DNA of 64,000 bases from Tubulanus polymorphus (GCF_964204645.1 NC_134025.1:25834299-25898298); one strand, 5' to 3'. Positions 1 to 13,900 are shown, numbered from the stretch's first letter. A program made the numbers and translations. The notes: generated from the letters alone by a model not told the origin.

Positions 1-894
1 AATGTTTTGTGGTTTAACAGCAAGAATATGGTAATAAACCATAATGACTTCAGTTGTTTGACTTTTTCAGTTATTCATTTCAAGCTTTCCATTGATGACT
101 TTCAATTTGTAGGGTTTTGACTCGAGCATTGGCACTTCAATTATCTAATTTGTATAAGCAGCTTCATGATCAACTTATCAATATCCATAATCAACCAACG
201 CAATGGGTAAGTTACTTTACAAAAATATGTGTCATCCATGCCACTACTGGTTTTCCTAACTAATGATTTTGTTTTGAAAGCTTCCCACTGGTGTAGACAT
301 TCCAAAAACTCTTGACAAATGGGTGGAGAAAATTTGTGATCCTTCAAAACTACCAAGTTCTACCAGGTAATTTATCATCTTTCCACAGTGAAATCTCATT
401 GCAGCAAACTTTTAGGGCCATAGAATGTGTTTGAACATATTTTTTCATTGTCTCTGATTTTTAGGACTAATGTTGAAAATATGGATATTGATGATATCAT
501 TGACCGTATGGAGAAGAAATTTGGTGAAGATTCCAAAAAGGAGGAAACACCATTAAACGAAGCAACACAGAAGAACAGCAAATTGAACTTGCATCTTTTA
601 CCAGAAAATACAGATCTTGGAGGTATGAATTGTATTTTTTTCTATTTAAATCTAATCCTCTAGCAATTTGATCTGGTTTGTTCGCTGTAACAATGTATCC
701 TTTCTTCTGTTTTTGTAGTTGCTATTTCACGGAAGATGGCCGAGAGGGGTGCTGTTAAAGTGAAAGGCAACAAACGCAAGAAAGATATGCAAATTCATAT
801 GACGCATGTGAAGCCGGCTAAAGTTACTAAATCATCGAAAACTGATGTGACCAACAAGTCAAAGAAAAAGACTCAGAAAACTGTAAAGCGATGA
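1..894 (+). CDS. NEPRO: Nucleolus and neural progenitor protein / RNase MRP subunit RMP64 (DUF4477), 3' part; exons <1-30, 113-206, 281-366, 465-622, 719-894
   Basis: Phase-consistent GT-AG splicing gives MFCGLTARIW|VLTRALALQLSNLYKQLHDQL...QW|LPTGVDIPKTLDKWV...TDLGVAISRK, a Lys-rich tail and TGA 892-894. The ARIWVL...LY..L...LP..L..W and DLG motifs resemble NEPRO (recalled, not searched). AATAAA at 1032-1037. Confidence 0.7.
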
Positions 895-1171
895 TGAACA
901 AAATCTACTCAGTGCCATACATCAGTGCCTTTCCATTCTGACATAGTTGAAACATGTTTTTGAGCTGACCTCAAAAAATTCTGCAGGAAAAAATGAATTC
1001 AAGAAAAATGAAATATTGTTATTTTTATTGAAATAAAAGTCGATTATAATTTTCATCCATTGTTTTTGAAAACATGTTGCTATCACAGTTTGTTATTGGT
1101 TTGCAACCTGCTGCTTCCACACTTCCATTCACAGGTGAATTGAGCTACTGCCACTGATTCTATATTCAATT

Positions 1172-1871
1172 TCACTTGTCTTTAGTTTGTCTTGGTTGCA
1201 GATCTCTTTTTGTCATGATTTTGATTATTTCTTGTGGCGAGGTTGATGTACCAGTAGAGCCATATTCCTGAAATTAGGACAACACGTCAATTGTTTATTC
1301 CATTTGATTAATCAGACAAGTTTTGTGATTAAGTTGATGTCCTGCCCAAATAACATGGTTTCGCAGGGATTCAAACCCCCAATGAACCTTTTGATTGTGA
1401 GTCGAACACTATCAAGCCAGAGAGACGGGACAAATCTTGAAAGTCAATGAATAATAATCCCTCATTTGTGCTTAATACCCGCCGTGTAAATGGCTCGTCT
1501 GTCGTCGTCCTGTGCTGTAGACTCTGCTACTACTTAGTTGTTAGTACAAACTAGTGCAGTAGTAACTAGTGCTGGCACAGGGACTTGACACAAAAGGATT
1601 TTGACCCCAGTATCCTAGGTACTATATACAAAAAGACTTTTTATATATAGTACCTAGGATACTGGGGTCAAATCCTTTTGTGTCAAGTACCTGTGTCGTG
1701 ACTCGTGAGTGCTGGTGTATGGCAGTTAGTATTGTGGACTGCTGACTGATATGGGTTTTACCTCACCTTCTTAATTTTATCTTCACTCGGTGGTATCGTT
1801 TTCCACATGAAGACCCCCAATCCAGCTAATCCAATAGAATATAGGATTGCTTTAGCCAGCCTTTCAGACAT
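1172..1871 (-). CDS. 66-aa single-pass membrane microprotein, Cbp4/UQCC3-like complex III assembly factor candidate; exons 1871-1767, 1267-1172
   Basis: ATG 1871, donor AAG|gtgagg, acceptor atttcag|GAA, phase 0, TGA 1174-1172. Protein MSERLAKAILYSIGLAGLGVFMWKTIPPSEDKIKKEYGSTGTSTSPQEIIKIMTKRDLQPRQTKDK: a Gly-rich TM helix followed by K-T-x-P-x-E, as in Cbp4/UQCC3. Confidence 0.7.
1356..1420 (-). pseudogene. Degenerate tRNA-derived fragment (tRNA pseudogene or SINE head) in the microprotein intron
   Basis: Minus strand ...gttcgactcacaatcaaaaggttcattgggggtttgaatccctgcgaaacca has a B-box-like GGTTTGAATCC, an anticodon-loop-like ctcacaa and a terminal CCA. The cloverleaf is not intact. Confidence 0.35.
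1576..1695. mobile_element. ~120 bp near-perfect palindrome (fold-back MITE, CACAG...CTGTG ends)
   Basis: The left arm cacagggacttgacacaaaaggattttgaccccagtatcctaggtactatatacaaaaag is the reverse complement of the right arm, apart from ~2 substitutions and 1 indel. Confidence 0.7.
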
Positions 1872-2104
1872 TTCTGTGTTATTATACAATAAGAATTGTA
1901 CAATCTTTCTTACAAGGCAACGACCTTGGGACAATCGACTTCGAGTGTCACTTCATTTTAGGAGTCACCCTTTACTTGATCGTGATCTCCCCTTCATCCG
2001 AATTTATTACAGCTTTACCTAAACAAATTAAGTTTGACCCTTCACTTCCTATTAAAAAGTTGTTTTACTGAAAAAAATTGATACTAAGTCTAAAATATCA
2101 GAAG

Positions 2105-2742
2105 ATGGGCTCGGGATCAGGTCACAATGAATTTAAAATACCTGATTGGAGAATGTACAAGATTGATGGAATCAAAGAACTCGAAGATGTGCAGAATTTG
2201 TTAGCCACAAAAGGACTGAAAGATCCATGGATAAGGTTAGTTACTACCTACATCATGTACTACTGTTACTACTCTTGACTTAGGCCACAGTCCGCCCAGT
2301 CTACTGGTTGTGATTAGTGTGCAGTGTGGACTGTTGGTTGCCAGTTGGATCTGGACATGGTCCTTGACTTTTATATTGACATTCTCAGACAATCTACGGT
2401 ACTGAGATTATAGGGCTAATTATGTAATTAAAGAAATAAAATGACATTATGTGGAATATTTTTCAATGATGATGGTGATGTGGGTGTTATTCTGACCCAT
2501 GCTCATAAAAGGACAGCTCCTCAAGTCTTGTAATAGGACTCAATCAATTCATGTTACTTTTTTTTAATTTCAGGAATGAAGTTTGGCGATACATGCCGGA
2601 AAACTATATGCCACCTCACAGAGCTGCATTCAAATCAGTGTTCAGAGGATTCCGCTATGGTTTCGCAGCATTCTTAGCCACTATTGCCATTGAGGAAGTG
2701 CTACGACGTAGAAATCCGGATCCACACAGTGGACATCACTAG
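2105..2742 (+). CDS. NDUFB3: NADH dehydrogenase 1 beta subcomplex subunit 3 (B12); exons 2105-2235, 2574-2742
   Basis: KIPDWRMYKI...LATKGLKDPWIR|NEVWRY signature, C-terminal TM segment (FRGFRYGFAAFLATIAIE) and His-rich end. Confidence 0.95.
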
Positions 2743-4411
2743 GACGAAATAGAAATAGTTTAATCAATGAAAACCTGTACATATTGATAAATGTAACATA
2801 TTGTAGTTTAATGACATTCTAATGTAGTTGGTTGCATTGTGTCTCTCAACAATGAAGTAGAAACTGTAATTTTTGCATTGATAATAATACAGTCTGTTGT
2901 TTAAAAGAATCTTTCATTGTTCTTTTTTCTTGCTTAAGGATTTGTTACCGCAAGGTTTACTGTAGATTATCAATCATCGTGACTCACCGAATCAAACGGT
3001 AAAATATCGACATGATTGCAAATCTTACTTCAATATTCAATTCTGTATTCAAATCTCATTGAAAGAAAGTCTCTATTTCAATATTTCCAGAAACCGGGGA
3101 CAGAGACAGATAGGAAAACAATTGTTCTGTTTCTTTCAACTTCTTACACGAATAAAAATAACAGAAAATTCACTTAAAATAAACAACCGATAGAAAATTA
3201 ATTGTCTGGAGAAAACCACACAGGGAATTTCTAAAAGGTTTTTGGAATCATGTTCGATACGCTTTCTTTTATAGGAAAATAGACGGCTGAGCGAGTGAGG
3301 AGTTACGGGATGCGCCATAAACCCTCGCTAGGGGATATCGCTCGCTACGAAATAAAAGAAAGATTAGACAGCCTAAATTGGTATCCATTTATAAATGGAT
3401 CGAGAAATATCCCGTCGGGAGCGGAAATGAAATTCACGTAGCGTAGCAATGCTGTCATGACTACGAGCGCTTAAATACGTATGTTCATGTTGAGTGTCAC
3501 TACACTGCGCGCGCGCGTCTTTTCACTAAGTCACGAACGACATTCTCCAGAATGAAATGATAGATCCGTCATAGCGAACTAAAAACGATTTCATATCATA
3601 TATTACGACCTTAGCCATAAGAAACACTAGTCAAACAATCTAGACACATAGTCTATGATAAAACCAATATAAAAGTCCCGTTTACATTTTCATTCATCGA
3701 AAACCAACATCATAACTGAGAAAAAATATTTTATTTCCTATATATAAATGTAATTTTACAATGTTATTGAGTATTTGTAGGCACAGCTAGAGGACATTTC
3801 ACGATGTTTTAGTGAAATACATATAAGCAAATTATCATGAAAGTTTGAATATCTAACTGCATATATTACTTTTTTTCGCTACACAATTTTCACTAATTTT
3901 GTCAATCTTTCGAACATTAAGAATCACTCTATTTTCTCACATGTATATATAAATTTGCATTAGATTTATTATATAGAAGTACATGCAAATATACGTTTGC
4001 AGCATTTCAACCGTAGGTGCACGTACTGTGAAGCACGTGATTAGTTCTAACGCGTATGGTGATTTGTCTTCGAAGCGAAGCTAGCAAATATAATAATCTG
4101 CAGTTGACGAGCTGTCTTGAATGGTCGTATTTATTAGACTTTTAAAAGACATTAATGACAAAACGTCATTCACAGTTCAAAACAAGTTGTCGGATCGACT
4201 AGTTCATACGAGCCGGTTTTTGTTGTAAGAATCGAGGCTTAGCACAAATTTCAAGCTGTCTTCAATGATTTTGTTTAGCTTTTTGCTGAGCAAATACATA
4301 AAAAAGAATCACAGAACGACGAAAGCATTGAATGGAAAGGTTGATAATCTTTCTATAAAGTTAAAGCACAAAATTATGCACGCGTATTCAACACAATTAA
4401 ACCGGCTATAT

Positions 4412-6710
4412 CTAAAGTTTTACTGCTTGCGAAAATATCTTGATGGCGTAGAGTTTCTTTGAAAGAGTCTCGAACCCGACGATGTGAGTGATTCGGATCA
4501 GTTCATCTACTGATGCCAAGTGACCTTTTGATTTTTTCCAGTAATTCATTGCCTGGATCACCCGTTCTTTAAGATTCGCATTTCCTTTATATTTCTCCTC
4601 CAATTCACCGATTTTATCGTCTTCAAAGCGAAACTTTCTCATCAAATGGCGCAGATCGTGTTTATTGATAAACGTTGACATTTCTACGAACATCTTCTGT
4701 AGCAATAAATCTAAAACGTAAAAGAAACGGCATAAATGAAAGGACATAGACAAATTTGGGTTTCTAATACGTTTCTTCTTATATATATATGTTACCTTCC
4801 CGCTCTACATGCTTTCTAATGAACAGGCCAATCGGTTGCATGACGCCACTTACACACACGTCCATCGGTGGATTGCGAAGCGGGTTGTCCTGCAGTTGCA
4901 AATCTTTCAAACCTTTCATATTGTCAAAGTTCTCGGGTAAATCTCTTAGTTCGTTGGAGTACAGTTGCAGAACCTCTATTTTATCCATCGTGCAAATGCA
5001 TTCCGGAATCGAACGCAACAAATTATGATGGGCAACCAACGTAACCAAGTTCTTCACCTCTGATATGTTGTTCGGAAGATATTCGATACTGTTGTTTTGG
5101 ACATGTAAATGTTTTATGCTCGAAAGTCCAATTTCTTCGGGCAAGAATTGAACTTTTGAACCATTTTCTTGGTCGAAAATAAGCGTTTCCAAATTTGGTA
5201 TGAAACATACTTGAATCGGGAATTCTTCATAGTCATTGTGAGACAAATCTAGAGAAGTTAAACCGACCATCGATCTCACTTCATCCTGTACGTTCATCAA
5301 ATTATTACGCGACATGTCCAGCGTATTTAAAGACGAAAGTTCGCATACTTGGAACGGGAAACTTTCGAAGCAATTTTCATTCAGTCGCAGAATCTCCAAT
5401 GACACTAATCGTGAGAACTCCATCGGGATTCCTGACAGTTTGTTACCGTGTGCGTCCAGTACTTGAAGGTGTTTCAAACTAGTCACACACGTCGGGAATT
5501 CCTCGAATAGATTCCCGCTAATGTTCAATTCTTTCAGCTTCTTCAGTTCAGAAAATTCATTCGGTAGAACTAACAATTTGTTATTTTGAAGAAGGAGTAT
5601 TTCTAACTGATTTAATGAGCAGATAGCAATAGGGAAGTGCTCGATATTATTGTCATTCAAAATAAGCGTGGTCATTGTTTTTAGATTCTTGAGCTCAAGT
5701 GGTACCGAAGATAACATGTTTTTCCCTAAGTAAAGCATACTGATATCCGAACAATAAGCTAGCTCTTCTGGAATCTCATTTATTTCATTGCTACCCATGT
5801 AGATTTCTTGCAGATCAAATAATTCGGCAATGTTTTGAGGTATTTTTCTTATTTTATTGCCCTCCAAACCTAAAACTTGAAGTTTTGTGCACTGGCACAA
5901 TTCATTCGGTAGGTTTTCTAATAAATTGTTGTTGAGACCGAGAGTTACTAAATTTGAGAGCATTTTCACTTCAGGTTGTAGTTCTCTTATTTGATTGTTG
6001 GATATTCCAAGATCTTCCAAACTCTCCAACCAAAATATCTGAATCGGTATAAATTCGAACTCGTTGTCGTCCAGCTGTAATTGTACCAACTGTGTGAAAT
6101 TTTCGAACTCTTTCGGTAGATTAGTAATAGAATTCCCTCGCAAGAATAATCTTTTGAGACCTTGAATTTTGCAAATCTCTGGTAGTAGGAACTGCAGATG
6201 ATTATTATCTAAACCAAAGATTTCAATTCTTTGGAGCTTTGCCACCTCTTTCGGTAACTCTCTGATATCATTATCGTTCAGCAGAAGAACTTGCAGTTTC
6301 TCCAAGTCGCATAAAGTTTCCGGAAACTCCGATATATTGTTGTTGTCTGCAAATATGTGCTGTAAATTTTCAAGTCTCTTTATGTCGCGAGGAAAACTCG
6401 TTATTTTGTTCCCAGATATATCGAGAGTTCGGAGGAATTTCAATGCCGTACATCTTTTCGCATCGCACATAACTGGGTTCAATTCGGTGAGAAGATTGTT
6501 TGCTAAACTGAGAATCCCGAGTTCCTGCAGTTTCCCGATATCATCCGGAACTTCTTCGATGGAGTTATCGTTTAAATAAAGCGTGTCCAAATGAGGAAGA
6601 TCAAAAATGTCTTTCGGCATTGTCAATAGGTTGCATTCACCGAGATTCAAGCAATACATATTTCCGTCCATGCGGAATAGACGCGCGAAAATATCAACCG
6701 ATTCACCCAT
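4412..6710 (-). CDS. LRRD1: Leucine-rich repeat and death domain-containing protein (~737 aa); exons 6710-4796, 4710-4412
   Basis: One long exon of ~25 tandem 23-aa LRRs (LxxLxLxxNxLxxLP) ending in the NPLRNPPMDVC cap. It splices G|gtaac..tttag|AT to a death-domain-like exon (LMRKFRFEDDKIGELEEKY...RVIQAMNYWKK). Confidence 0.8.
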
Positions 6711-7589
6711 CTTCACGGCGTGTTCAATTAGTTGACTATGCGGTTAACGGTCACTAATGCTGAAATAATCAGAGCATATGATATGTGTCAGTCATAGGTG
6801 AAAGTTGTGAAAAATATCCAGGACCATAAATCGCCCCTAATCTACGCATGACGTGCCGTGGCAATAAAAGACAAAATGTAAAGATGATCCGGTTGAAATT
6901 AAGGTAGAGGCAATCTGTTTTCCATGCCTCGGAGGAACGGAAAGCCGTTCTTTCCATTGCAGAGACTATTCAATTGAAGATGGAATAATCTCTGTATAGA
7001 TTGAAAGAATTGAAATCTTTCCGTTGCGAGTAAGGAAGCAGATTCAATAGCCCTCTCGTCTAATATTTTGGGGTTATATTAATATATATTCAGGCATATA
7101 TTTGAAATGAATTAATGATCCATTCTCAAAATAATTCCTCAAATTAAATGAATGTAATAATTCAGAATCAATCAAAAATATGTATTTTTCTATACAATGT
7201 ATACATTTTACAAAATCACGTCTATGGAGGTTCTTATAACAATTTCTCTAGATCTGTTGTTTAGGAATAAGCTAAAACTACTTTTCAAAATTAACTGTCC
7301 AATTTTTTATGTGTATGCTTAGTTAGTTTTCTCAATTCATTTTCAATTCTAGATTGACCAATTAATTACTTATTTAATTTGAGATAATGTTTATATTGAG
7401 TTTACCTCGCGATAAATATGTGTCAAAGAGAATAATCCATATTATAGGAGACTAGTCAAAAATAATTCTAGCTACCGCCTCTGACACCCGCGAGTCCGGC
7501 ACTGTAAAACTAATGTGACTTGGGTAGCGTAGCGACACGACGCTCAGTACTGCTCAGTGCGCGCAAGGTGCCCGGTGTACCCAAGTAAC

Positions 7590-7640
7590 GTGATTTCTCG
7601 CGAGAAGTGGGAGTCGATAGCCAATATGGCGGCGAAAAAC
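7590..7640 (+). promoter_or_regulatory. CpG-type promoter between divergent LRRD1-like and DNAJC13
   Basis: TCTCGCGAGA palindrome (BANP/CGCG element) at 7596-7605; CCAAT at 7621; YY1 consensus CAATATGGCGGC at 7622-7633; donor gtatga at 7641 for a non-coding first exon. Confidence 0.65.
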
Positions 7641-7938
7641 GTATGAAATATTTTCGAGACTCGACAATTGTCAGAAATAAAACTCCACAATAAATCCCCT
7701 CGAAGTGGATTGATGACAAAGACCTATCACTAATGGTTCGCGGTGTTTAAATTAAATGGTAATCATTAAATTTGAGAAGTGACTTCGTTCCAAAGTCGAA
7801 GAAGCGAGGAATTAAAAGTTATTTCCTGCAATCAAATGCGGAAGTGAAAGTAAAAGTCATGAAAGAAGTTTTGGTTTTGACAACAAAACTAATTTACTTT
7901 TTCTAATACACGTTGACGTTTCTATGTTTTAGTAAGAA

Positions 7939-10900
7939 ATGGCGAATGTTACACTGAAAGATAATACAGATGTGGCTTGTTACTTTGTGACGAAGCATTC
8001 ATGGCGAGGAAAGTAAGTATTAGATTTGAATATTAATATTATTTACATTATATTCGAATATTATTCATTATTGTCAATTAATTGAATAATTTGTCCAGTC
8101 AAGTGCAAATAAAATTGAGATTGATATGCTCTCCTTGACCACATTTTTCTGTTAGAATGTGCTTGTTGAAAGACAAAATTTTCGATATTATTGGAATAAC
8201 CAATTATGCTGACATTTGATAACGAATGAACATCCCTCTATCATACAGCGTTTCAATCTATTTTTAGATACAAGCGAGTTTTCTCCGTTGGTACCAAAGG
8301 CATTACCACGTACAACCCTTCAACATTAGAAGTCACAAATCAGGTCAGTCTACAGTCAAACCATGAACAGAATTATCACATCAGCGTGCAGCAATTGCAG
8401 ATATTTTATGTGTCATTTTCAATTTCAGTGGGCGTACAGCGAATTCATAAACATAGCGCCCAATACGAAAGCACCAGCAAATAATGAATTTCTGATTACG
8501 ATGAGACGTAAAAAAGTTGAACAGATGAGATTTTCAACTGATCACAGAGCTGATGTCTTAACTGAAGCTTTGGTAAGTTGGAAAGGTAACAAATTGCAGT
8601 TGATTAATGATTTCATCAAACTCTCCCGTCATATCATTGTGTGAAATTGTTTTTGCAGCGTTTTAGGGCTCAGTTTGCGGAGAAAGGCGCCCAATCCAAG
8701 CGCTACAATTCATACAAATTCCACTGGAGTGAAACTCGCGTTCCCGTAATTCTGGAAGTAAATCAGGGCTCTTTAGATCAAATAGACCCATCTACTGGTA
8801 GACTTTTGTGTTCATATGATTACAAAGACATGGAGGGGTTGACTCAGGTATGATTTCGTTCAAAACCAAAATACTTTCATTCAGGCCTACTCAATTTGCT
8901 TCTTTCTGCTGAAAAAAAAACAATTTTTTTCTAGGTGTCTGACTATCCTGGAGGTATAGCTGTCATCTACGGTGGTTTCAGTCGTTTGGTAAGAATATCA
9001 AATATAATGCATTTATATTTTATTTTATACTCTCCCCAGGTTGTCACTCGAAATTGAAATCTATTTTTTCCCTCCAGCATTTGTTTGCCCTTGAAAAACG
9101 AGATGAGTTGATAAAGGCTGTCATCGAATCTGCGGGAGCGTATGTAGGAATATCTATTAAACAAAGGCGGGATCCGATCTCTCATGACCAGTTTTTGTTG
9201 CACCGTCTAGGAAAATACAGGTAACATTTAAAATCTCGGCACCTTCCGTACGTATGATTTCTTAAGTACGTTCATGTTACATTTATCATTGACTGCGTGT
9301 TTCTAGCACTGATGAAGCTTTGACATCATATACTGAATTCACTGTACAGAAGATCAGCCCACGACATTCAGACCCGGTGCGACGTACGTTGTGTTTATCG
9401 GAAACCTGTCTCGTCGAGCGAGATCCAGCTACGTATAACGTCACCACGGTCAAACCACTCTGTGATGTAAGTTCTATGTAACGTGATGAAAGTTTTAACT
9501 TATAGTTATTGAAGCTGTTTGTTCAAAATAGATTTTGCTTAACTTATGTTTGTTTTTCAGATATTTGCGATAATCCGTGATAAAGATAATCCGCAACAAT
9601 TTAGTGTAGAATATGTAAAAGGAGCTGTGCGTACATACACATCAACAGATCGGTTAGTAAACTGTTAAGTGGAAAAATTTGACCTTTGTGCCAGTTCATA
9701 TAGCCATGACCGTGTCATAACATTTTTCCCAATTTTCAGGGATGCTTTGATTGCGTCAGTTTTAGATGGTGTAAGAGCTTCTGGTAATAGGGATGTTTGT
9801 GTGGTCATGAAGTTAACCAATAGAGGTTTCAGACTAGGTAATGTGTTCACTGAAACACTGACCAAATCATTTATCAGTTCCAATGCTTCATTCAATTCTA
9901 TTGTCCTTTCAGGGCCGTTTACTGTACCGCTCGATGAGGAAGTTGAAAGCCAACATATGAAGTTTTTCCAACAGCTGCCAGAAAATATGACTTTCAATGA
10001 AGTCGTGCATCGGTTTAACTGTAATATACCGTATAGTGGATTATTGCACGCTGTCACTCAAGATGCACGTATCATCTAATGAGAAATATATTAGGCCCAG
10101 CTTCTTCTATTTCAGGCTTTTAATTCATTAACGATCCGCTTGAAATTGTAGGGATTCTTCTCTGAAAATAAGGAGAAATTGATCAACGGTACATTAATAG
10201 CACTGCTCGAGAGGCAAGGAGATCAAAATTCGATCAATTCCGAAGATCTAGAAGCGCAGTTTCATGCCCTGCGTCGACTTGTAGCTTCTAAAGCTGGATT
10301 CAATGCATTTACTACTTTGCCGAGGTAGACTTCTGCGCTGAATTTTTATAGTCAATTTCACCGTATAAAACTAGAAATTAATACGTCTGACTCTTTTTAG
10401 AATGCGGGAAAGTGTTGGTGTAAAAGTTGTGAAAGCTTTGAAACGTAACAACGACGGCGTTACCCATGCGGCTATAGATATGTTGAATGCTTTAATGCAG
10501 GTATATTGCCGGCTCATGATCTCAATATCTTTTCTAATAACTTCGCATTATACTTACTTAAATGTATATTCATTTCAGCCTATGCATGACAACTATGATT
10601 TACGAAAAGAGCAAATGAACAAATCGTCTCTGATGTCATCGAAGAAATTCCTTGAAAATCTCTTGGATATGTTTCGCGGTCACGTCGTAAGTTATCCACA
10701 CTATTTCATCCGGGTAAAACTTGTTCATAATTTCTTGATGTACTATTGACTGCTTATATTCATGATAGATGCGTGGTTCTGGAGCCTTGGTCATAACAGC
10801 TATGTTGGATTTCCTAACATTCGCTCTATGTGCTCCGTATAGTGAAACAACTGACGGTACATATTTTGATACATTGTTGGAAATGGTGGCTGATGATGGT

Positions 10901-13900
10901 CGAGCAATGTTTAGATTATTCCAGGTGAGATCTCGTATCCGATAATCAATGTGGGGTTTATGACCAGAAATAAAAAATAAAGCACATTTCATGGTTTATA
11001 TGCATTTGATTTCGTTAATTTTCAGCACCCATCGATGGCGATTGTTAAAGGTGCAGGTATGGTAATGAGAGCTATAATAGAAGAAGGCAATGCTGAGATA
11101 GCTGCTCGTATGCAGGAACTAGCGCTTGCTGAAGGTGCCTTACCTAAACATCTACACACTGCATTCTTTACGCAAAGCACTGATAGTAGAATGCTAACAA
11201 ACAGGTCTGTAACTGCTGGCTAATAACCAACATCGTATAATCAATCGTGGTTTTCATAACTAATTAGTTGATTTGTTTTTCAGACAGCTGAGCCGTCACT
11301 TGGTTGGATTATGGGTCACAGGTCATCCTACTGCTCTAGGTTTACTCAAACGAATTCTGGTATGTATGATTCAATTTCATACACCTCAAACATAGGATAT
11401 TATTGAATTTGTTCTAGATATGTGTGCTCTTCTCATTTTGAATAGCCTAGCGGACTTCTAAGTTATCTCGACTCCACTGATCCTGTTCCTGAGCACGAAG
11501 AAGATCGCTTACTAGTTCGAGATACTCTCAAAATGGCTGTGGTAAGATTCTGTATCTTGTTCAATGTCAGATCGAGTTGTTGATCTTGATCTTTTCCCTA
11601 TTTCGAGATGTCAAGAAGAATTTCAATATCGAATTTCATTGACAGGATCATCAGAACAAAAACAAACGCAATCCCCACCTACGCGCCATTGAGAAAGCTC
11701 TAGAAAAACAAATTGAAAATGTCATGGTCCATTGGCGAACGAGGATGGGCCTGGAAAAGAAACAGGTATTCTTATAACTTATGGTTGTGGTCTGAAAATG
11801 TTGAATTATTCTTTCCAATGTGCAATAAATTGCTGATTGCATTTCTTAAATACAGGAAGAGAAGCCAATTGTTCTCAGAAAAAGACGCCAACGAATAAAA
11901 GCAGAAGCTAACTGGCTGTTGTTTTACTATCAGCTGAATAGAGACCATTCGAAACCAAATCTTATATGGAATTACAAGGTAATGAAATTTCTTTCCATTT
12001 CCAGATGATTCCTCATCTTCTGCGTGTTCAAACTAATTCGATATTGTTTCTTTGAAATTATGTTACAGACTAGAGAGGAATTAAAAGACGCATTAGAAAA
12101 TGAAATCAGGGCTTTCAACGTCGATAAGGATCTGTGTGGCAATGCGGAAATATCGTGGAATCATCAGGAATTTGAAGTGCAATACAAATGTCTTGAAGAG
12201 GAAATTAGAATTGGTAAGTATGAATGATGTACGAACTTACAACACGCCGTCATGCTTTCAGAAAAACATTTGTGAATTGAATAATTCTTTGTTCAGGCGA
12301 TTACTATTTGAGATTATTGTTAGAAGAAGATGAAACGGAAGAAACCAGTGCCATCAAACGATCGTAAGTTGCTAACGAACAAAACATCATTTGAAATTAC
12401 CTCGCATATGATACTTCCGCGATATGCGAGGCATAAAATTATACTAAAAGACTTAATCTCAAATAAATTGAATGATTAGAAAAAATTTAAATCATTTGAA
12501 ATTGCCTTCTGCTGAGATTCCTTCATTAAATCAGATCAGATTCATATTATTCTGATTCATTATTTCAGGTATGAATTTTTCAACGATCTGTATCACCGCT
12601 TCTTGCTGACTCCTAAAGTTAATATGAAGTGTATGTGTCTCCACGCGATGGGTATTGTGTACGGTAGATGTCATGAGGAAATCGGTGCCTTTAATGATAC
12701 GAAGTATATCGTTGGTATGCTGGAAAGATGTTCGGATAAACTTGAACGCGATCGTTTAGTTATGTTCCTCAACAAGCTTATTCTGAATAAGGTAATAACG
12801 TGGAAATGCAAACCAGAGTCATGTATTTTCTGTACCGGTATTTGTTTAGCAGTTTCTATACAAATTTCTGAATGTCATTTGTAGAAAAATGTGAAAGAAT
12901 TGATGGACGCTAATGGTATGAAAACATTAGTTGATTTATTGAGTCTCGCTCATTTACATATTTCACGAGCTGTTAGCCCTCTACAGGTAGTTATTTTCAT
13001 TAATACTGGATGCAAATACTGGTTTAAATATAAAGTTTTCATTTTAACGAATGGTTCATTGAATTTAATTTTCAGTCCAATGTGATAGAAGCTGGCACTG
13101 ATATGAGACGGGAAAGTGAAAAAGAATGGTATTATGGAAACAAGGAAAAAGAACGGCTCGGTCCATACAGCTTTGAGGAGGTACGCAGCTCTTCTATTCT
13201 TAATTGACCTCTTTATTCATATGTTGCCCCTCGTCAATAACGGTACCGGTAACTATCTTATCGGTTCAACAGATGAAAGAATTGTGGGCAGAAGGCACTA
13301 TCCATGCAAAAACGCGATGTTGGGCTCAAGGTATGGATGGCTGGCGACCTTTGCATCTTGTACCGCAGTTGAAATGGTGTCTCCTGGCTACTGGTCAGGC
13401 TGTAATGAATGAAAGCGAATTAGCTACCCTCATATTGAATATGCTCATTAGAATATGCGAATATTACCCTAGTAGGTAAGTAATTTTGCACACTAGGCCT
13501 CGGTTTATGCTTTTCTTATCATTCATTCTGTTGGTTTCATCAATATTTCATCATTTTTTGATGTAGAGATTCTGACGGAGCTGTGATAAGACCTTTGCCC
13601 CGGTGTAAACGATTACTTTCCGACTCGATCAATCTTCCGCACGTCGTCCAGCTTCTGCTGACGTTCGACCCGGTACTCGTCGAGAAGGTGGCGACACTGT
13701 TGAATCTAATCATGCAAGACAATCCAACGTTGCCAAGAGTTTACCTGACGGGCATCTTCTACTTCATTATGATGTATACAGGCCACAACGTGTTGCCCAT
13801 TGCACACTTCTTGAAATATACCCATCTACGACAAGCATTCCGCTCAGATGAGGTACCCATAACTTAAATGCTTGCTTAAGAGTTACAAATATCCTATGTC

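Noticed and set aside
141-356. Minus-strand 71-aa ORF
   Set aside because: It is the antisense shadow of NEPRO exons and introns on the plus strand.
12400-12431. 10-bp intronic hairpin cctcgcatat/atatgcgagg
   Set aside because: Short and isolated, with no clear TSD; not interpretable alone.
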